A DNA stretch of 64,000 nucleotides, taken from Bdellovibrionales bacterium (GTDB lineage Bacteria > Bdellovibrionota > Bdellovibrionia > Bdellovibrionales > JAMPXM01). The stretch spans positions 12,380 through 76,379 of the forward strand of contig SYLX01000099.1 in assembly GCA_005808505.1 (NCBI GenBank), written 5' to 3'. The notes beneath the pieces are model-generated. The model was not told where the DNA came from and searched no databases. It worked only from the letters and a program-made list of their open reading frames with translations. The position numbers and the translations under genes are program-made. The number at the start of each line of letters is the position of its first letter. Positions within the stretch are counted from its first letter, which is position 1. Of this stretch, positions 35,300 to 45,817 are shown in pieces.

Positions 35300-35929
35300 A
35301 TGAGGCACTGGGTTTTCGACCTCGATGGCACTCTCGTTGATTCGTTCGGACCATACGACACGACGATGCGAGAAATCTTCGCCGAAAAAGGAGTGGAGTG
35401 GAGCGCTCAGCACTTCATCGAGGCTCTCTCTACATCGCCTGCTGTTTTAATCGAGCGCTATATCGGGGCGAATGCGGTGGCCGAATGCATGGCTAAATTG
35501 CGCGTACGCGCGAACGAAGACGCGCGACGCATTCGCCCTTACGAAGGCATTGTCGAGACGCTGGCGCATCTTCGTGAACAAGGTTCACGAGTAGCCGTGT
35601 GGACTGGCCGTGATCTTGAGTCTGCGCAAATCATTATCGAATCGAGTGGTCTCGGAGCGTTGGTTGAGTCTTGCACGAGCGGAACTTGCGTTCAGATCAA
35701 CAAACCAAATCCGGAAGGGCTACTTCGCGTTGTCAAAAGCTTCAACTGCCGAGCCGATGAAGTGTATATGGTCGGCGATCATGACCACGATATGATGGCA
35801 GCGCGTGAGGTAGGGGCGCAAGCCGTGCGGGTAAAATGGAACCCTTACTGGAGCGCAGTTGAGTGCCAACGCGCCCACCATCAATTCGAGCACGTTCGCG
35901 ACTTCGCGACGTGGCTCGGAAAACTCTAA
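35300..35929 (+). CDS. HAD-superfamily hydrolase (phosphoglycolate phosphatase-like)
   Basis: FDLDGTLVDS (motif I), WTGR (motif II-like) and VGDHDHDMMAAREVG (motif IV). Confidence 0.8.
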   Translation: MRHWVFDLDGTLVDSFGPYDTTMREIFAEKGVEWSAQHFIEALSTSPAVLIERYIGANAVAECMAKLRVRANEDARRIRPYEGIVETLAHLREQGSRVAVWTGRDLESAQIIIESSGLGALVESCTSGTCVQINKPNPEGLLRVVKSFNCRADEVYMVGDHDHDMMAAREVGAQAVRVKWNPYWSAVECQRAHHQFEHVRDFATWLGKL

Positions 35930-35938
35930 AGTTCGGAG

Positions 35939-36952
35939 TTAAGCTTGTTGAGGGTCCTGGCCGCCAGCGGATTCGGCGGGTTTGATCCGCGCGCTTCTCG
36001 CCTTGCCGATCGTTACAAAACGATAACCCTGGTGTTGGCTGCGTCCCTTTTTACCGGGCGCGATTTCGTAGTGGTAAGAGCAGTTCTTTGAGCAGGTCTT
36101 ATATTGAGGTTTTTCGATGCACTCCACGCAAACAAGCGCATCTTGGTCGCAGCGCAAGCATTGAATCGTTTGGTCCGCCGGCTGCCCACAGTGAGGGCAC
36201 ATCTTGTAGAAAGTCGTGGGCTTCAGATTCTGATCGACCGCTACGCGGTGATCGAAAACGAAACATTCGCCTTCGAATTTTTGGTTCGGAAACTGGGCTA
36301 AATAATTCAGAATCCCGCCGTCGAGTTGGTAGACGTTTGAGAAGCCTTTGTTGTTCATCTCAACAAGGGCCTTCTCGCAACGAATTCCGCCCGTGCAATA
36401 AATCAAAACTTTCTTATCCTTGGGAATTCCGGATTCCTCTAGGTAAGTCCCGAAATTTTGAAATTCCGAAATTTTCGGATCGATCGCACCAGTGAATTTT
36501 CCGATGCGTGTTTCGTACCAATTGCGCGTATCGAGGACGAGGGTATCGTCTTCTTCCATCGCTCTATTCCACTCTTCAGGTGAGAGGTGAGTCGGCGATT
36601 TCGGCGCGAGAGGTTGAACTTCTGGCTTCCCTAAAGTGACGATTTCTTCTCGCACGCGAACACGGAACTTTTTGAACGGCCACGAGGGCGCCTCACTCCA
36701 CTTGGGATCAAGGCGAGGAAAATCGAGCAAAGATGAAACGGCGACTAGGTACTCTAAGACGTCAGCTTGCGTTGCGCCGCAAATCGTACCGTTGATGCCT
36801 TCCGAAGCGAAGATGATCAATCCCCGGAGATCCCGTTCGACACCCATTTCTTCGAGTCGTTTTGCGAGTTCATCGACTTTCTCGGGCGCAACCGAAGCAA
36901 AATGGTAGAAAGCCGCAATCTGAATTTCGGGAGAAGATAAAGCGCTTGTCAT
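35939..36952 (-). CDS. trhO: rhodanese-domain protein TrhO/YceA (tRNA U34 hydroxylase family, UPF0176)
   Basis: IAAFYHF, EGINGT, VLDTRN.YE...G.F.GA and YCTGGIRCEKA, plus a C-terminal Cys-rich cluster. I chose the start at ATG 36952. Confidence 0.85.
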   Translation of the reverse strand: MTSALSSPEIQIAAFYHFASVAPEKVDELAKRLEEMGVERDLRGLIIFASEGINGTICGATQADVLEYLVAVSSLLDFPRLDPKWSEAPSWPFKKFRVRVREEIVTLGKPEVQPLAPKSPTHLSPEEWNRAMEEDDTLVLDTRNWYETRIGKFTGAIDPKISEFQNFGTYLEESGIPKDKKVLIYCTGGIRCEKALVEMNNKGFSNVYQLDGGILNYLAQFPNQKFEGECFVFDHRVAVDQNLKPTTFYKMCPHCGQPADQTIQCLRCDQDALVCVECIEKPQYKTCSKNCSYHYEIAPGKKGRSQHQGYRFVTIGKARSARIKPAESAGGQDPQQA

Positions 36953-37008
36953 ATAAGCCCAGAGTTTTACGAGCCTCAAGGCCGGTCAGTCAAATTTAAA
37001 GCCCTGAC

Positions 37009-38898
37009 TTAAGGGTCCTCTACCTCAATGCCCTCAGCGGCCATGATTTTAAGGGCATTCGTCGTCGGGCAGGGGCCATGGCGAAGGAGGTACGTGAAAA
37101 GCATCTCGCCTTGGGGTGAAATTTCTTCCCGGAAATGGAGATTCAAGACAGTCGGACTTGAGCTCTCAAGTGCGGTGAGCTCGAGGTCATGAGTCGAGAT
37201 GAAGCCAATGGAATGCGGAGAAGCTGCAAGCGTTCGGATGACCGCACGGCTTCCGATGTGGCGTTCACGATTGTTCGTTCCGCGGAAAATTTCATCAATC
37301 AGATAAAGCATCGCTTGGTCGTGTTTCGATGTCTCGAGCAGGGCCTTGAGGCGTCGAACTTCAGCATAGAAGTAAGAAAAACCGTCGCGCAGGGAGTCGC
37401 TGACTTCGATACACGTTTCAATTGTCAGCGGCGAGGTCTCGAACTTCTCAGCAAAGACCGGTGCGCCAATGTTGGCGAGGATCTGGTTGACGCCGATGGT
37501 CCTTAAGAAAGTCGATTTGCCCGACATATTCGAGCCCGTAAGGAGTCCTAAATTTTTACCTGTGGGAAAATGGAAATCGTTGGGCACGACCCGTTCGCGA
37601 TCAATCAACGGATGAAACAACATCTTGAAAGCGAGCGGCGGTCTACGAGCGGCGTCTTTGACCTCCGGATACACGTCAGTTTGGTAATACTCGAAAATCA
37701 CCAAAGAGGCGAGGGCTTCGAGTTCCGAGAGTTCTTCCAGACACTGCGGAAAAGTGTACGCAATTCGCTTACGACGGCGTTCGAGAAAGTACGTACCCGT
37801 CAATGACCACGGCACAATCGCGTTGACGATGAGATAGACGAGCGGATTCGCCTGTACGCTCATGAAGGCTAAGACGACATTGAGTTTCCGTGCCTGTCGA
37901 GAAGGGCCTGAGCCGCTCGTCACTGGACAGAGCTGCTGAAGCGCTTCGCTCTTTTGACTGCGGTTTTCCAGAGCTTCGAAAATAGGAGCAAGGAGACTCA
38001 AGTGATGCGAAAGCCCCACGCCCTTTGCGAAAGGGGCCGCAGCTTTGTTCAAAAAAGCGAGACTCGACGCCGCGAATAGGACGAAGAATAAGCCTTCAAG
38101 CTTCCAGCCCGCGCGGAGACTCAAAACAATCAAGACAATCGCCGCAATCCAAATCAGCCAGGTTCCCACGACGATCAGGTTGAAGCGGCCGGCAACGAAA
38201 GGTTTCTTCAAAAACTTGAGGATCTGCGAGCTAGAGAGACGGAAGTCATCGGCATCCGCCACGAGCGCGAGACGCGTGAAAAACCACCGCTCGCGCCGCA
38301 GAGCCCGGACTTGCGATTGTCGCTTTTTGATGTCGGTCGCCGAGAGCGGTTTTTGGCTAATCCACTCCAGCAGACGCGACTGGCCGCCTTCGGTGAGGGT
38401 CTCGTCGAGAAGGGTCCAGAGCGAGTGGCTGCCGAGAACTCCGAGATCATGATTCAACGCTAAGTTTGTTGCGGCCTTTTCGGCGCCCTCGAAGCTGCGA
38501 CCAGAAGGCAAGCCGCGTGCGCGCTTTTCTTGTCGATCGCAGAAAACACGTAAGCGCCGAAGCAAATTCAAGTGGCGATCAATGCGGCGGGTTCTAGCGA
38601 CGTAGAATCCAAAGACCACGACAAAGGCGGCAATAACCGGGAGCTCCAAGCGCCATTCGGGTTTGGTCGTAAGAAGCGCCAAGACTAAGAAAAATAGGCC
38701 GGCAATCGAGAGCCGAATATTCTGAAAGAGACGGAGTTTCTTGCGAACGCGAAGGATGCGCGCATCAAGCTTTTTTCCACGCTCATTGAGTTTTGCGGCA
38801 ACTTTGGAGGATCGACTCAAAAGCGGCGTCGCCCGATCGTTTGAAACGGGAGGTGCTGAAGAAACAGGCGCTGCGGAATCCGACGATGTCATACTCAT
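37009..38898 (-). CDS. MutS-related ATPase (MutS domain V only) with a multi-TM N-terminal region
   Basis: GSNMSGKSTFLRTIG (Walker A), LIDEIFRGTN (Walker B) and STHDLEL. There are at least four hydrophobic helices in the N-terminal 350 aa. I recognised no mismatch-binding, Smr or nuclease domain. Confidence 0.8.
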   Translation of the reverse strand: MSMTSSDSAAPVSSAPPVSNDRATPLLSRSSKVAAKLNERGKKLDARILRVRKKLRLFQNIRLSIAGLFFLVLALLTTKPEWRLELPVIAAFVVVFGFYVARTRRIDRHLNLLRRLRVFCDRQEKRARGLPSGRSFEGAEKAATNLALNHDLGVLGSHSLWTLLDETLTEGGQSRLLEWISQKPLSATDIKKRQSQVRALRRERWFFTRLALVADADDFRLSSSQILKFLKKPFVAGRFNLIVVGTWLIWIAAIVLIVLSLRAGWKLEGLFFVLFAASSLAFLNKAAAPFAKGVGLSHHLSLLAPIFEALENRSQKSEALQQLCPVTSGSGPSRQARKLNVVLAFMSVQANPLVYLIVNAIVPWSLTGTYFLERRRKRIAYTFPQCLEELSELEALASLVIFEYYQTDVYPEVKDAARRPPLAFKMLFHPLIDRERVVPNDFHFPTGKNLGLLTGSNMSGKSTFLRTIGVNQILANIGAPVFAEKFETSPLTIETCIEVSDSLRDGFSYFYAEVRRLKALLETSKHDQAMLYLIDEIFRGTNNRERHIGSRAVIRTLAASPHSIGFISTHDLELTALESSSPTVLNLHFREEISPQGEMLFTYLLRHGPCPTTNALKIMAAEGIEVEDP

Positions 38899-39024
38899 GG
38901 TTTCTCGATGATGCGCCCGCAAGCCCAAAGGTTCAACTACAGATCGTTTAAGGGTCGCTGCCTGATGTGCCGGCGAAGGAATGGTAGACTTTCACGCGTT
39001 GCGTTTGTTAGGTTCGTCGACATC

Positions 39025-40653
39025 ATGTCAGAACTGAATGTCCCGAATTTTGAAAACGAAGTTTTACGACGTCGCACTTTCGCGATCATCTCTCACCCGG
39101 ATGCGGGTAAGACAACGCTTACGGAAAAGCTCATCTATCACGGGGGCGTGATTCACGAAGCGGGTGAGGTGAAAGGCAAAGCGGGTACGAAAGCAGCGAC
39201 CAGTGACTGGATGGCGCTTGAGCAGCAGCGCGGAATCTCGATCACGTCGTCGGTCATTCAGTTTGATTACCGCGGCCAACGCGTCAACTTGCTCGATACT
39301 CCCGGTCACAAAGACTTCTCCGAAGACACGTACCGGACGCTTGTCGCTGCCGATAGCGCGGTGATGTTGATCGACGTCGCCAAAGGCGTCGAGGAACGAA
39401 CGAAAAAGCTCTACGAAGTCTGCCGCTACCGGAACATCCCGATCTTCACCTTCATCAACAAGTGCGACCGCGAGGGAAAACTTCCTCTCGAGTTGATCGA
39501 CGAAATCGAATCGACACTCAAGATGAACTGCTATCCCATGACTTGGCCGATCGGCCTCGGCGGGCAATTTCAGGGATTGTACCACCGGCTCCGCAAAGAA
39601 ATTTTGCTCTATCATCCTAAGCACGAAGAAAAAATTGGCGAGATCATTCCCGTCTCCGGTCTCGATGATCCGAAATGGGAAGAATACATCTCGCCCCACA
39701 TTCTCCCGCAAGTGAAAGAAGAGATCGAGCTCGTCGATGGAACACTTGGAGAGTTCTCGAAAGAGAAATTCTTAAGCGGTGAAATCAGTCCCGTCACGTT
39801 CGGAAGTGCGAAGCAAAATTTCGCGGTCGATACGTTTCTGGATCTCTTCACTGATCTTTCGCCGCCGCCGGCTCCTCGAAAGACCAAAGAGGGCGAAGTG
39901 AGGCCACTCGACAAAACTTTCACGGGGTTTGTCTTCAAGATCCAAGCGAACATGGACCGTCGTCACCGCGACCGCGTGGCCTTCGTGCGCATCTGCTCAG
40001 GAACTTTTGAGCGCGGGATGAAAGTCAATCACGCCCGCCTCGGGCGCGAGATTCGGCTTGCGCATTCGGCGCAATTCGTCGCTCAGGAGCGTGAGACAGT
40101 CGACACGGCCTACGCAGGCGACATCGTCGGTGTGAACGACACCGGAAATTTTCAAATCGGGGATTCGATCACTTCAGGCAAGATCGTTCACTTCGAAGAT
40201 ATTCCGAAGTTTCCGCCCGAACTTTTTGCGAAGCTTAGTGTTTCGGATGCGATGAAGCGACAGAAGCTCCAAAAAGGCCTCAAGCAGATCTCCGAAGAAG
40301 GCGCCGTTCAGCTCTTTATTGATCCTTTCATTGGAGCGCAAGATCCTGTCGTGGGCGTCGTCGGTGAACTGCAATTTGAAGTTCTGCTTTACCGTCTTCA
40401 AGATGAATACAACATCGACGTAAGGTTGAATCGACTCGGGTTCACCGTCGCCCGTTGGCCGCGCGACAAAGATGGTAACCCCGTTACCAACCTCAACGGC
40501 AACTTCACACTCTATCGTGACATGAACGACCAGCCCGTTCTTTTGCTCGATAAAGAGTGGGACCTGAACTGGGCGAAAAAAGAAAACCCAGATGTCATTT
40601 TTGCATCCTCCATCACGGCGGCAAGGACCGGTAAGGCTCAGCTCGAACTCTAA
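39025..40653 (+). CDS. prfC: peptide chain release factor 3
   Basis: RRRTFAIISHPDAGKTTLTEKL, DWM..E..RGISI and LLDTPGH.DFSEDTYRTL. The length is about 540 aa. I chose the start at ATG 39025. Confidence 0.92.
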   Translation: MSELNVPNFENEVLRRRTFAIISHPDAGKTTLTEKLIYHGGVIHEAGEVKGKAGTKAATSDWMALEQQRGISITSSVIQFDYRGQRVNLLDTPGHKDFSEDTYRTLVAADSAVMLIDVAKGVEERTKKLYEVCRYRNIPIFTFINKCDREGKLPLELIDEIESTLKMNCYPMTWPIGLGGQFQGLYHRLRKEILLYHPKHEEKIGEIIPVSGLDDPKWEEYISPHILPQVKEEIELVDGTLGEFSKEKFLSGEISPVTFGSAKQNFAVDTFLDLFTDLSPPPAPRKTKEGEVRPLDKTFTGFVFKIQANMDRRHRDRVAFVRICSGTFERGMKVNHARLGREIRLAHSAQFVAQERETVDTAYAGDIVGVNDTGNFQIGDSITSGKIVHFEDIPKFPPELFAKLSVSDAMKRQKLQKGLKQISEEGAVQLFIDPFIGAQDPVVGVVGELQFEVLLYRLQDEYNIDVRLNRLGFTVARWPRDKDGNPVTNLNGNFTLYRDMNDQPVLLLDKEWDLNWAKKENPDVIFASSITAARTGKAQLEL

Positions 40654-40809
40654 AGACGTTAGATCGTCTCGTTTAGTCGAGATGATCATTCCTAGAGTCG
40701 CAAGATTGCGAAACATAATAGTTATAGTTCGATCTTGATCAGCAGCGGTGCGCGGTTGTGCGGACGCACGCGCATTGACTCACCAAAACTCTCTGGGTGA
40801 TGGTGGTGA

Positions 40810-41811
40810 ATGATGACAGCACCTCTTGATTCAATCTCTTCATCGTCTTCATCCACGCATCAGATCTCCACGCATCCACCGATCGCGCTCAAAAATCTCG
40901 TGAAAGATTACGGCACTTTGAAGGCGGTGGATCACGTCAGTTTCGAGATGCGGCCTGGCGAAATTCTCGGCCTGCTCGGACCCAACGGCGCAGGCAAAAC
41001 GACGATCATCTCGACACTCGTAACACTTGAAAAACCGACCTCAGGTGAAGCTCGGATTTTCGGACTCGATGTCACAGAAGATCCTGAGCGCACGAAAATG
41101 CTCACGGGATTTGTTCCCCAAGAACTTATTCATCACGGCTATTTCGATGTCGAAGAGATCTTAGAGTTTCATTCGGGTTACTTCGGAAGGCGAAAAAATC
41201 GCGACCGCATTGATTGGCTTTTGCAAAAGCTTTCGCTTTGGGAGCATCGGAAGAAAAAAGTTAAGCAGCTCTCTGGCGGAATGAAGCGCCGCCTTCTCAT
41301 CGCAAAAGCTCTCGTTCACGAGCCTAAACTTCTTTTGTTGGATGAACCGACGGCCGGTGTCGATATCGAGCTTCGCGAGTCGCTGTGGCGATTTGTCGGG
41401 GAACTCAAAGCGACCGGTCTATCGATTTTACTCACGACTCATTACATTCAAGAGGCTGAGCAGCTTTGTGATCGCATCGGGATTTTGCAAAAAGGAAAGC
41501 TTCGCCATCTCGGGCCAACGCGTGAACTCATCAAAGAATTAACCAAACGTGAAATTGTGATTCGCGTAAAAGGCGCAGTTCCCGAAAATCTCTTGAGTCC
41601 CTATTTCGTAAAACGTCAGGGGGAGGAACTCATCTTCCAGGTGCCGTCGAACATGGGTGCCGGCGATCTATTAAGCGGACTCGGCATGGATCTGAAGTCG
41701 ATCGCAGATCTCGTGATCCGCGAGGGAAATCTTGAAGACGCTCTCAGACGCGTACTCGGCGAAGGATCTAATAACGTTTCAGCGGACGGTTTAACAAAGG
41801 CAAAGTCATGA
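40810..41811 (+). CDS. ABC transporter ATP-binding protein (ABC-2 subfamily)
   Basis: GLLGPNGAGKTT, LSGGMKRRL and LLLLDEPTAGVD. Confidence 0.9.
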   Translation: MMTAPLDSISSSSSSTHQISTHPPIALKNLVKDYGTLKAVDHVSFEMRPGEILGLLGPNGAGKTTIISTLVTLEKPTSGEARIFGLDVTEDPERTKMLTGFVPQELIHHGYFDVEEILEFHSGYFGRRKNRDRIDWLLQKLSLWEHRKKKVKQLSGGMKRRLLIAKALVHEPKLLLLDEPTAGVDIELRESLWRFVGELKATGLSILLTTHYIQEAEQLCDRIGILQKGKLRHLGPTRELIKELTKREIVIRVKGAVPENLLSPYFVKRQGEELIFQVPSNMGAGDLLSGLGMDLKSIADLVIREGNLEDALRRVLGEGSNNVSADGLTKAKS

Positions 41812-42635
41812 GCAACGCGACGCAAACGGAAATCCTCCGCAAAGAAGTTCAGCTGCGACCGTGGGATTCCTTTGTTTCTCTCTACGTTCGAGAGATGAAG
41901 CGGTTCATGAAAGTGATCTTTCAAACCGTGTTTACACCCCTTGTGAACTCAACGCTCTATCTGCTGATCTTCGGCGTGAGTCTGGGCGCGAACATTCAAC
42001 TTGAGAATAACGTATCGTATTTGGCGTTTTTGATTCCGGGTCTAGTGATGATGGGTGTTTTGAACAACGCCTTTCAAAACTCTTCGAGCTCAATCGTTTC
42101 CGGGAAGTTTTCTGGCGATCTCGAGGATCTCAAAGTTGTTCCGCTGACGCCCCAGATGATTCTTTGGGCGATGTCCATTGCCGGGCTCACGCGCGGACTG
42201 CTCGTCGGGTTCGTTACTTACGCGGTGGGAGAAGTCTTTCAGTACGTCATCGACGGAAGTTTCACTGCCGTTGCGCATCCTTTTCATCTTCTTTTCTTCC
42301 TTGCGGTCGGCGGTTTAACATTCGCGAATTTAGGCGTTGCGGTAGCTTTCTGGGCGAAAACATTCGACCAGATGAGCGCGATCGGATCTTTCATTCTGCT
42401 TCCACTCATTTATTTGGGGGGCGTTTTCTTTTCGCTGAAAGGTCTTCACCCCTTCTGGCAGGGCGTCGCGCATTTCAACCCAGTGTTGTACCTGATCAAC
42501 GGCGTCCGTTACGGCCTACTAGGCGTTAGCGACGTTGACGTGGGTTTGGCGGCGGGTGTTTCTCTTGCCTCACTGGTCCTCTTCCAGTTCCTTGGCTTGA
42601 GGGCCCTCAGGCAGGGAAGCTATACACGCTGGTAA
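41808..42635 (+). CDS. ABC-2 type transporter permease
   Basis: ATGA overlap with the ATPase gene. About six hydrophobic segments, consistent with an ABC-2 membrane protein. Confidence 0.85.
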   Translation: MSNATQTEILRKEVQLRPWDSFVSLYVREMKRFMKVIFQTVFTPLVNSTLYLLIFGVSLGANIQLENNVSYLAFLIPGLVMMGVLNNAFQNSSSSIVSGKFSGDLEDLKVVPLTPQMILWAMSIAGLTRGLLVGFVTYAVGEVFQYVIDGSFTAVAHPFHLLFFLAVGGLTFANLGVAVAFWAKTFDQMSAIGSFILLPLIYLGGVFFSLKGLHPFWQGVAHFNPVLYLINGVRYGLLGVSDVDVGLAAGVSLASLVLFQFLGLRALRQGSYTRW

Positions 42636-42736
42636 GGACGTTGAGTTTGACAAGAGAACCTGTGAATTTTCACTCACTTGACGGCACTTTTCGCATGAAA
42701 CATAATCGCGCGACTCTCGTCCGATGAGGTAACCCG

Positions 42737-44095
42737 ATGGCGATCTTCGACTCACTCTCCGATAGACTTTTAGGCAGCATAAAAAAAATCCGCGGGCAGT
42801 CGCGAATTTCGGAAGAAAACATTCAAGACGCGCTCAAAGACATCCGCATGAGTCTCCTCGAAGCGGACGTGAACTTCAAGGTTGTGAAGTCCTTCATGGA
42901 CCGCGTGAAGGAAAAAGCGCTCGGCCAAGAGGTGATGGGATCCATCTCGCCCGGTCAGCAGTTTGTTAAAGTCGTTCACGACGAACTCGTAAACGTCCTA
43001 GGTGGAGAGACGGAAGAACTCGTCGTCCGCGGAAAACCTGGCGTCATCTTCCTCGTGGGTCTACAGGGAACAGGTAAAACAACAACGGCCGGGAAACTCG
43101 CCAAACACATCCGGGCGAAATACGCAAAACGACCCGGCTTAATTCCGGCCGACGTCTATCGTCCAGCGGCGATCGATCAGTTAAAAACCCTCGGTAAGCA
43201 AAACGATGTTCTTGTCTTCGATTCGAAACCTACGCAAAAGCCCGAGGAGATCCTCGAGCAAGCGAAGAAGTGGGCCGAAGAGAACATGATTGATGTTGTC
43301 ATCGTCGATACCGCTGGTCGCCTGCAGATCGATGAGGATCTCATGGGTGAACTCCAGCGCCTCAAAGGAATCTGGGAACCTAAAGAAGTTCTCTTGGTTG
43401 CTGATGCCATGCTCGGTCAGCAGTCCGTGAACGTTGCGGAAGGCTTCCATCAACGTCTTGGTCTCACGGGCCTCGTGCTCACAAAGGTCGACGGTGATGC
43501 GCGCGGTGGCGCAGCTCTCTCCATCCGTCAGGCGACGGGCGTGCCGATCAAATTCCTTGGTGTCGGAGAGAAATCCGACGCGCTCGAAGTGTTCCACCCA
43601 GATCGCCTCGCTTCGCGCATTCTCGACATGGGAGATGTTCTTTCCCTCGTAGAGAAAGCGCAAGAAGTGATCGACGAGAAGTCGGCGCGCGAATCGGCCA
43701 AGAAGATCGCGAAAAATCAATTTACGGTCGAAGACTTTCTCAAGCAGCTCCAGATGATGAAGAAGATGGGCGGAATGGAATCGCTTCTCGGCATGCTTCC
43801 GGGCATGGGCCAAATGATGAAGCAGATGAAAGACATGGCTCCACCCGATAAAGAAGTAAAGAAGATCGAAGCCATCATTCAGTCCATGACCAAAAAAGAG
43901 CGAGCCGATCACCGCATCCTCAACGGTTCGCGCCGCTTGCGCATTGCGAACGGGTCGGGCACTCAAGTCTCCGACGTGAATAAGTTCATCAAGCAATTTG
44001 AGCAGAGCCAGAAAATGATGTCGCAACTCATGAAGATGGGACTTGGCGGCGGAGGTCGCGGCGGCGGGTTCCCGGGAATGCGCTTTCCCTTCTAA
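42737..44095 (+). CDS. ffh: signal recognition particle protein Ffh
   Basis: MAIFDSLSDRL, GLQGTGKTTT, DTAGRL, TKVDGDARGG and a Met-rich M domain. Confidence 0.95.
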   Translation: MAIFDSLSDRLLGSIKKIRGQSRISEENIQDALKDIRMSLLEADVNFKVVKSFMDRVKEKALGQEVMGSISPGQQFVKVVHDELVNVLGGETEELVVRGKPGVIFLVGLQGTGKTTTAGKLAKHIRAKYAKRPGLIPADVYRPAAIDQLKTLGKQNDVLVFDSKPTQKPEEILEQAKKWAEENMIDVVIVDTAGRLQIDEDLMGELQRLKGIWEPKEVLLVADAMLGQQSVNVAEGFHQRLGLTGLVLTKVDGDARGGAALSIRQATGVPIKFLGVGEKSDALEVFHPDRLASRILDMGDVLSLVEKAQEVIDEKSARESAKKIAKNQFTVEDFLKQLQMMKKMGGMESLLGMLPGMGQMMKQMKDMAPPDKEVKKIEAIIQSMTKKERADHRILNGSRRLRIANGSGTQVSDVNKFIKQFEQSQKMMSQLMKMGLGGGGRGGGFPGMRFPF

Positions 44096-44112
44096 AAGCT
44101 AATGGCTGAACT

Positions 44113-44140
44113 AGGGGTGCAAGTAGCCCCCTTTTTTTTT
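44113..44140 (+). terminator. putative terminator after ffh
   Basis: A short AGGGG...CCCCT stem followed by a T9 run. Confidence 0.5.
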
Positions 44141-44220
44141 CTTCGACTTCCCAAAGCGAAAACTTTTCTGGACCACGGCCTGGCAGGGACTTAGGCGGCT
44201 TGCTGATATGCTAGAGCAGC

Positions 44221-45321
44221 ATGCTTAATGGAAGCTCTCATATCACTCGCCATAATTCTTTGATCGTCTTTGTTCTAATGTCGATCTCGACTCACGCGTT
44301 TGCACAGCAGGCGAAGTACGAATGTGAAAACGTTGATCTGAGGCGCGAGGCGGTAAAGAAAGTTTCCAATCCCCTAAAAGCTGCTGAGCTTCAGCAATAC
44401 TTTACGCCCCAAGCAAATGAGCAGCTCAACCTTGGGTTTTGTTTTGCACACGTGATGGGTACCGCCGCTGCACTCAAGCACCGGATTACTCCTTCGCGGT
44501 TGAGTATCGCCAATCGCGTGATCGATTCGAAAGCGATGGAAGCTTACTTTAAGCGCGACAAAGACATCGATGAGTATCTAGTCAATGGAACCGTACTCGA
44601 AGATGCGCTTGATGCGGTCAACGGGCAGAAGGTTTGTCTAGAGAAAGATCTTCCCACACGACCGCAAACTTTCGTCTCGACTCGCTTTACTCCCGAAAAA
44701 ATGAATAGTTGGGCCGAGAGCTACTTGGAGCTGCGCCAGATGCATGCTCACCTTTACGCCTCGCAGGCGTTGCCTCATGACGAACAAGGGGTAGAAGCTC
44801 GCAAGAAGCTTGAGAATGCGCTCTGTAAGGAGCACTCGGTCCAGCGCTTGTTTTCGAACCTTTACCCGCACGAAATTGCGGGCATTTTGTGGGAAGCACG
44901 CGACCGAAGTTTCCCGGAGCTCCTGACTCAGCTTGAAGAAAAAAACTGCCGCGGTCGAATGATCGATGTCCCGAAATTCAAGATTCAGAAAAGGTCGCAG
45001 GCAAAAGAACTTCCGCTTTCCTTTGTCATGCACCAGGCAATGAATCGTCATCAGCCTGTCGTTTACGGCTTCGTTGCTCCTGAGAATCGCAATGCTGAAC
45101 CTAGGGTCGGCCACGCCATGGCGATCGTTGGACGCGAAAAAGTGGGAAAGCGCTGCTATTTTGTAGCGCTGAATAGCTGGGGAGCATCAGGCTGCGCTTC
45201 GCGCGGGCCCGGTTACTTTGCAACCAACCCTGCGGACGTCCTTTGTCGAAACGACGGTACAGTCCTCTTAAGCGAAGAAGCGATCGCGGACACAGGTAAC
45301 GAGATCGCTGTTTTTGAGTGA
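44221..45321 (+). CDS. secreted papain-like (C1 family-like) cysteine peptidase
   Basis: Signal peptide at the N-terminus. Q-x5-C in QLNLGFCFAH (papain QGSCGSCWAF). GHAMAIVG (papain HAVAAVGYG). YFVALNSWG (papain YILIKNSWG). Confidence 0.6.
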   Translation: MLNGSSHITRHNSLIVFVLMSISTHAFAQQAKYECENVDLRREAVKKVSNPLKAAELQQYFTPQANEQLNLGFCFAHVMGTAAALKHRITPSRLSIANRVIDSKAMEAYFKRDKDIDEYLVNGTVLEDALDAVNGQKVCLEKDLPTRPQTFVSTRFTPEKMNSWAESYLELRQMHAHLYASQALPHDEQGVEARKKLENALCKEHSVQRLFSNLYPHEIAGILWEARDRSFPELLTQLEEKNCRGRMIDVPKFKIQKRSQAKELPLSFVMHQAMNRHQPVVYGFVAPENRNAEPRVGHAMAIVGREKVGKRCYFVALNSWGASGCASRGPGYFATNPADVLCRNDGTVLLSEEAIADTGNEIAVFE

Positions 45322-45493
45322 GTTGTTCCTAAAGCTGAACGGTCGTTTGAGTTCGCGACTACCTCCGAGTTGATTGCCCCTTCCGATCATGGCACCTGCT
45401 GAGGTCCGCGAAATCTCGGGATCCGCCCGAAACTGGCTCGGGTTTCGCAATGCACCGCGCTATCAGCTTTAATGTCGATATAGGAGACAATTC

Positions 45494-45817
45494 ATGAAAG
45501 TGTTTCAGGGTTTACTTTTGCTTACGGCAGTTTCTTCACTCGTTGCTTGCGCGAAAAGTGCTGACGTCGGAACTCCCGAGCAGAATACGAGCGGCCTTTG
45601 CGGTAGCCAAACGGTCCTCGATTACAACGACGTTATTCTCAAATGCGATTACTTCCTCACGGAAGATGACGTGCGCACTTGTAAGTCCAAAGCTAACGGA
45701 TTTCTCGCTAAGTACCCGAACATGAGCTGTAAAGCTCAGCGCGACGGTAAAGAACAGACGGTCGATACTTCCGAAATCCGCAAGATCGTGGAAAAGATCA
45801 CGGCTGCTGGCTACTAA
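45494..45817 (+). CDS. small Cys-rich lipoprotein
   Basis: AGGAG upstream of the ATG. Lipobox LVAC at residues 16-19. Four further Cys in the mature part. Confidence 0.6.
   Translation: MKVFQGLLLLTAVSSLVACAKSADVGTPEQNTSGLCGSQTVLDYNDVILKCDYFLTEDDVRTCKSKANGFLAKYPNMSCKAQRDGKEQTVDTSEIRKIVEKITAAGY

Noticed and set aside
43181-44026. Long antisense ORFs inside well-supported genes. Examples are the 281-aa ORF opposite ffh, 39064-39711 opposite prfC, 7037-7771 opposite the haem-motif lipoprotein, 49649-50299 opposite rnhB and 51561-52349 opposite lptD.
   Set aside because: They lie entirely within genes whose products carry unambiguous family motifs. Their own translations are low-complexity and Arg/Ser/Leu-rich, with no motifs. 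These are typical shadow ORFs of a roughly 50% GC genome.
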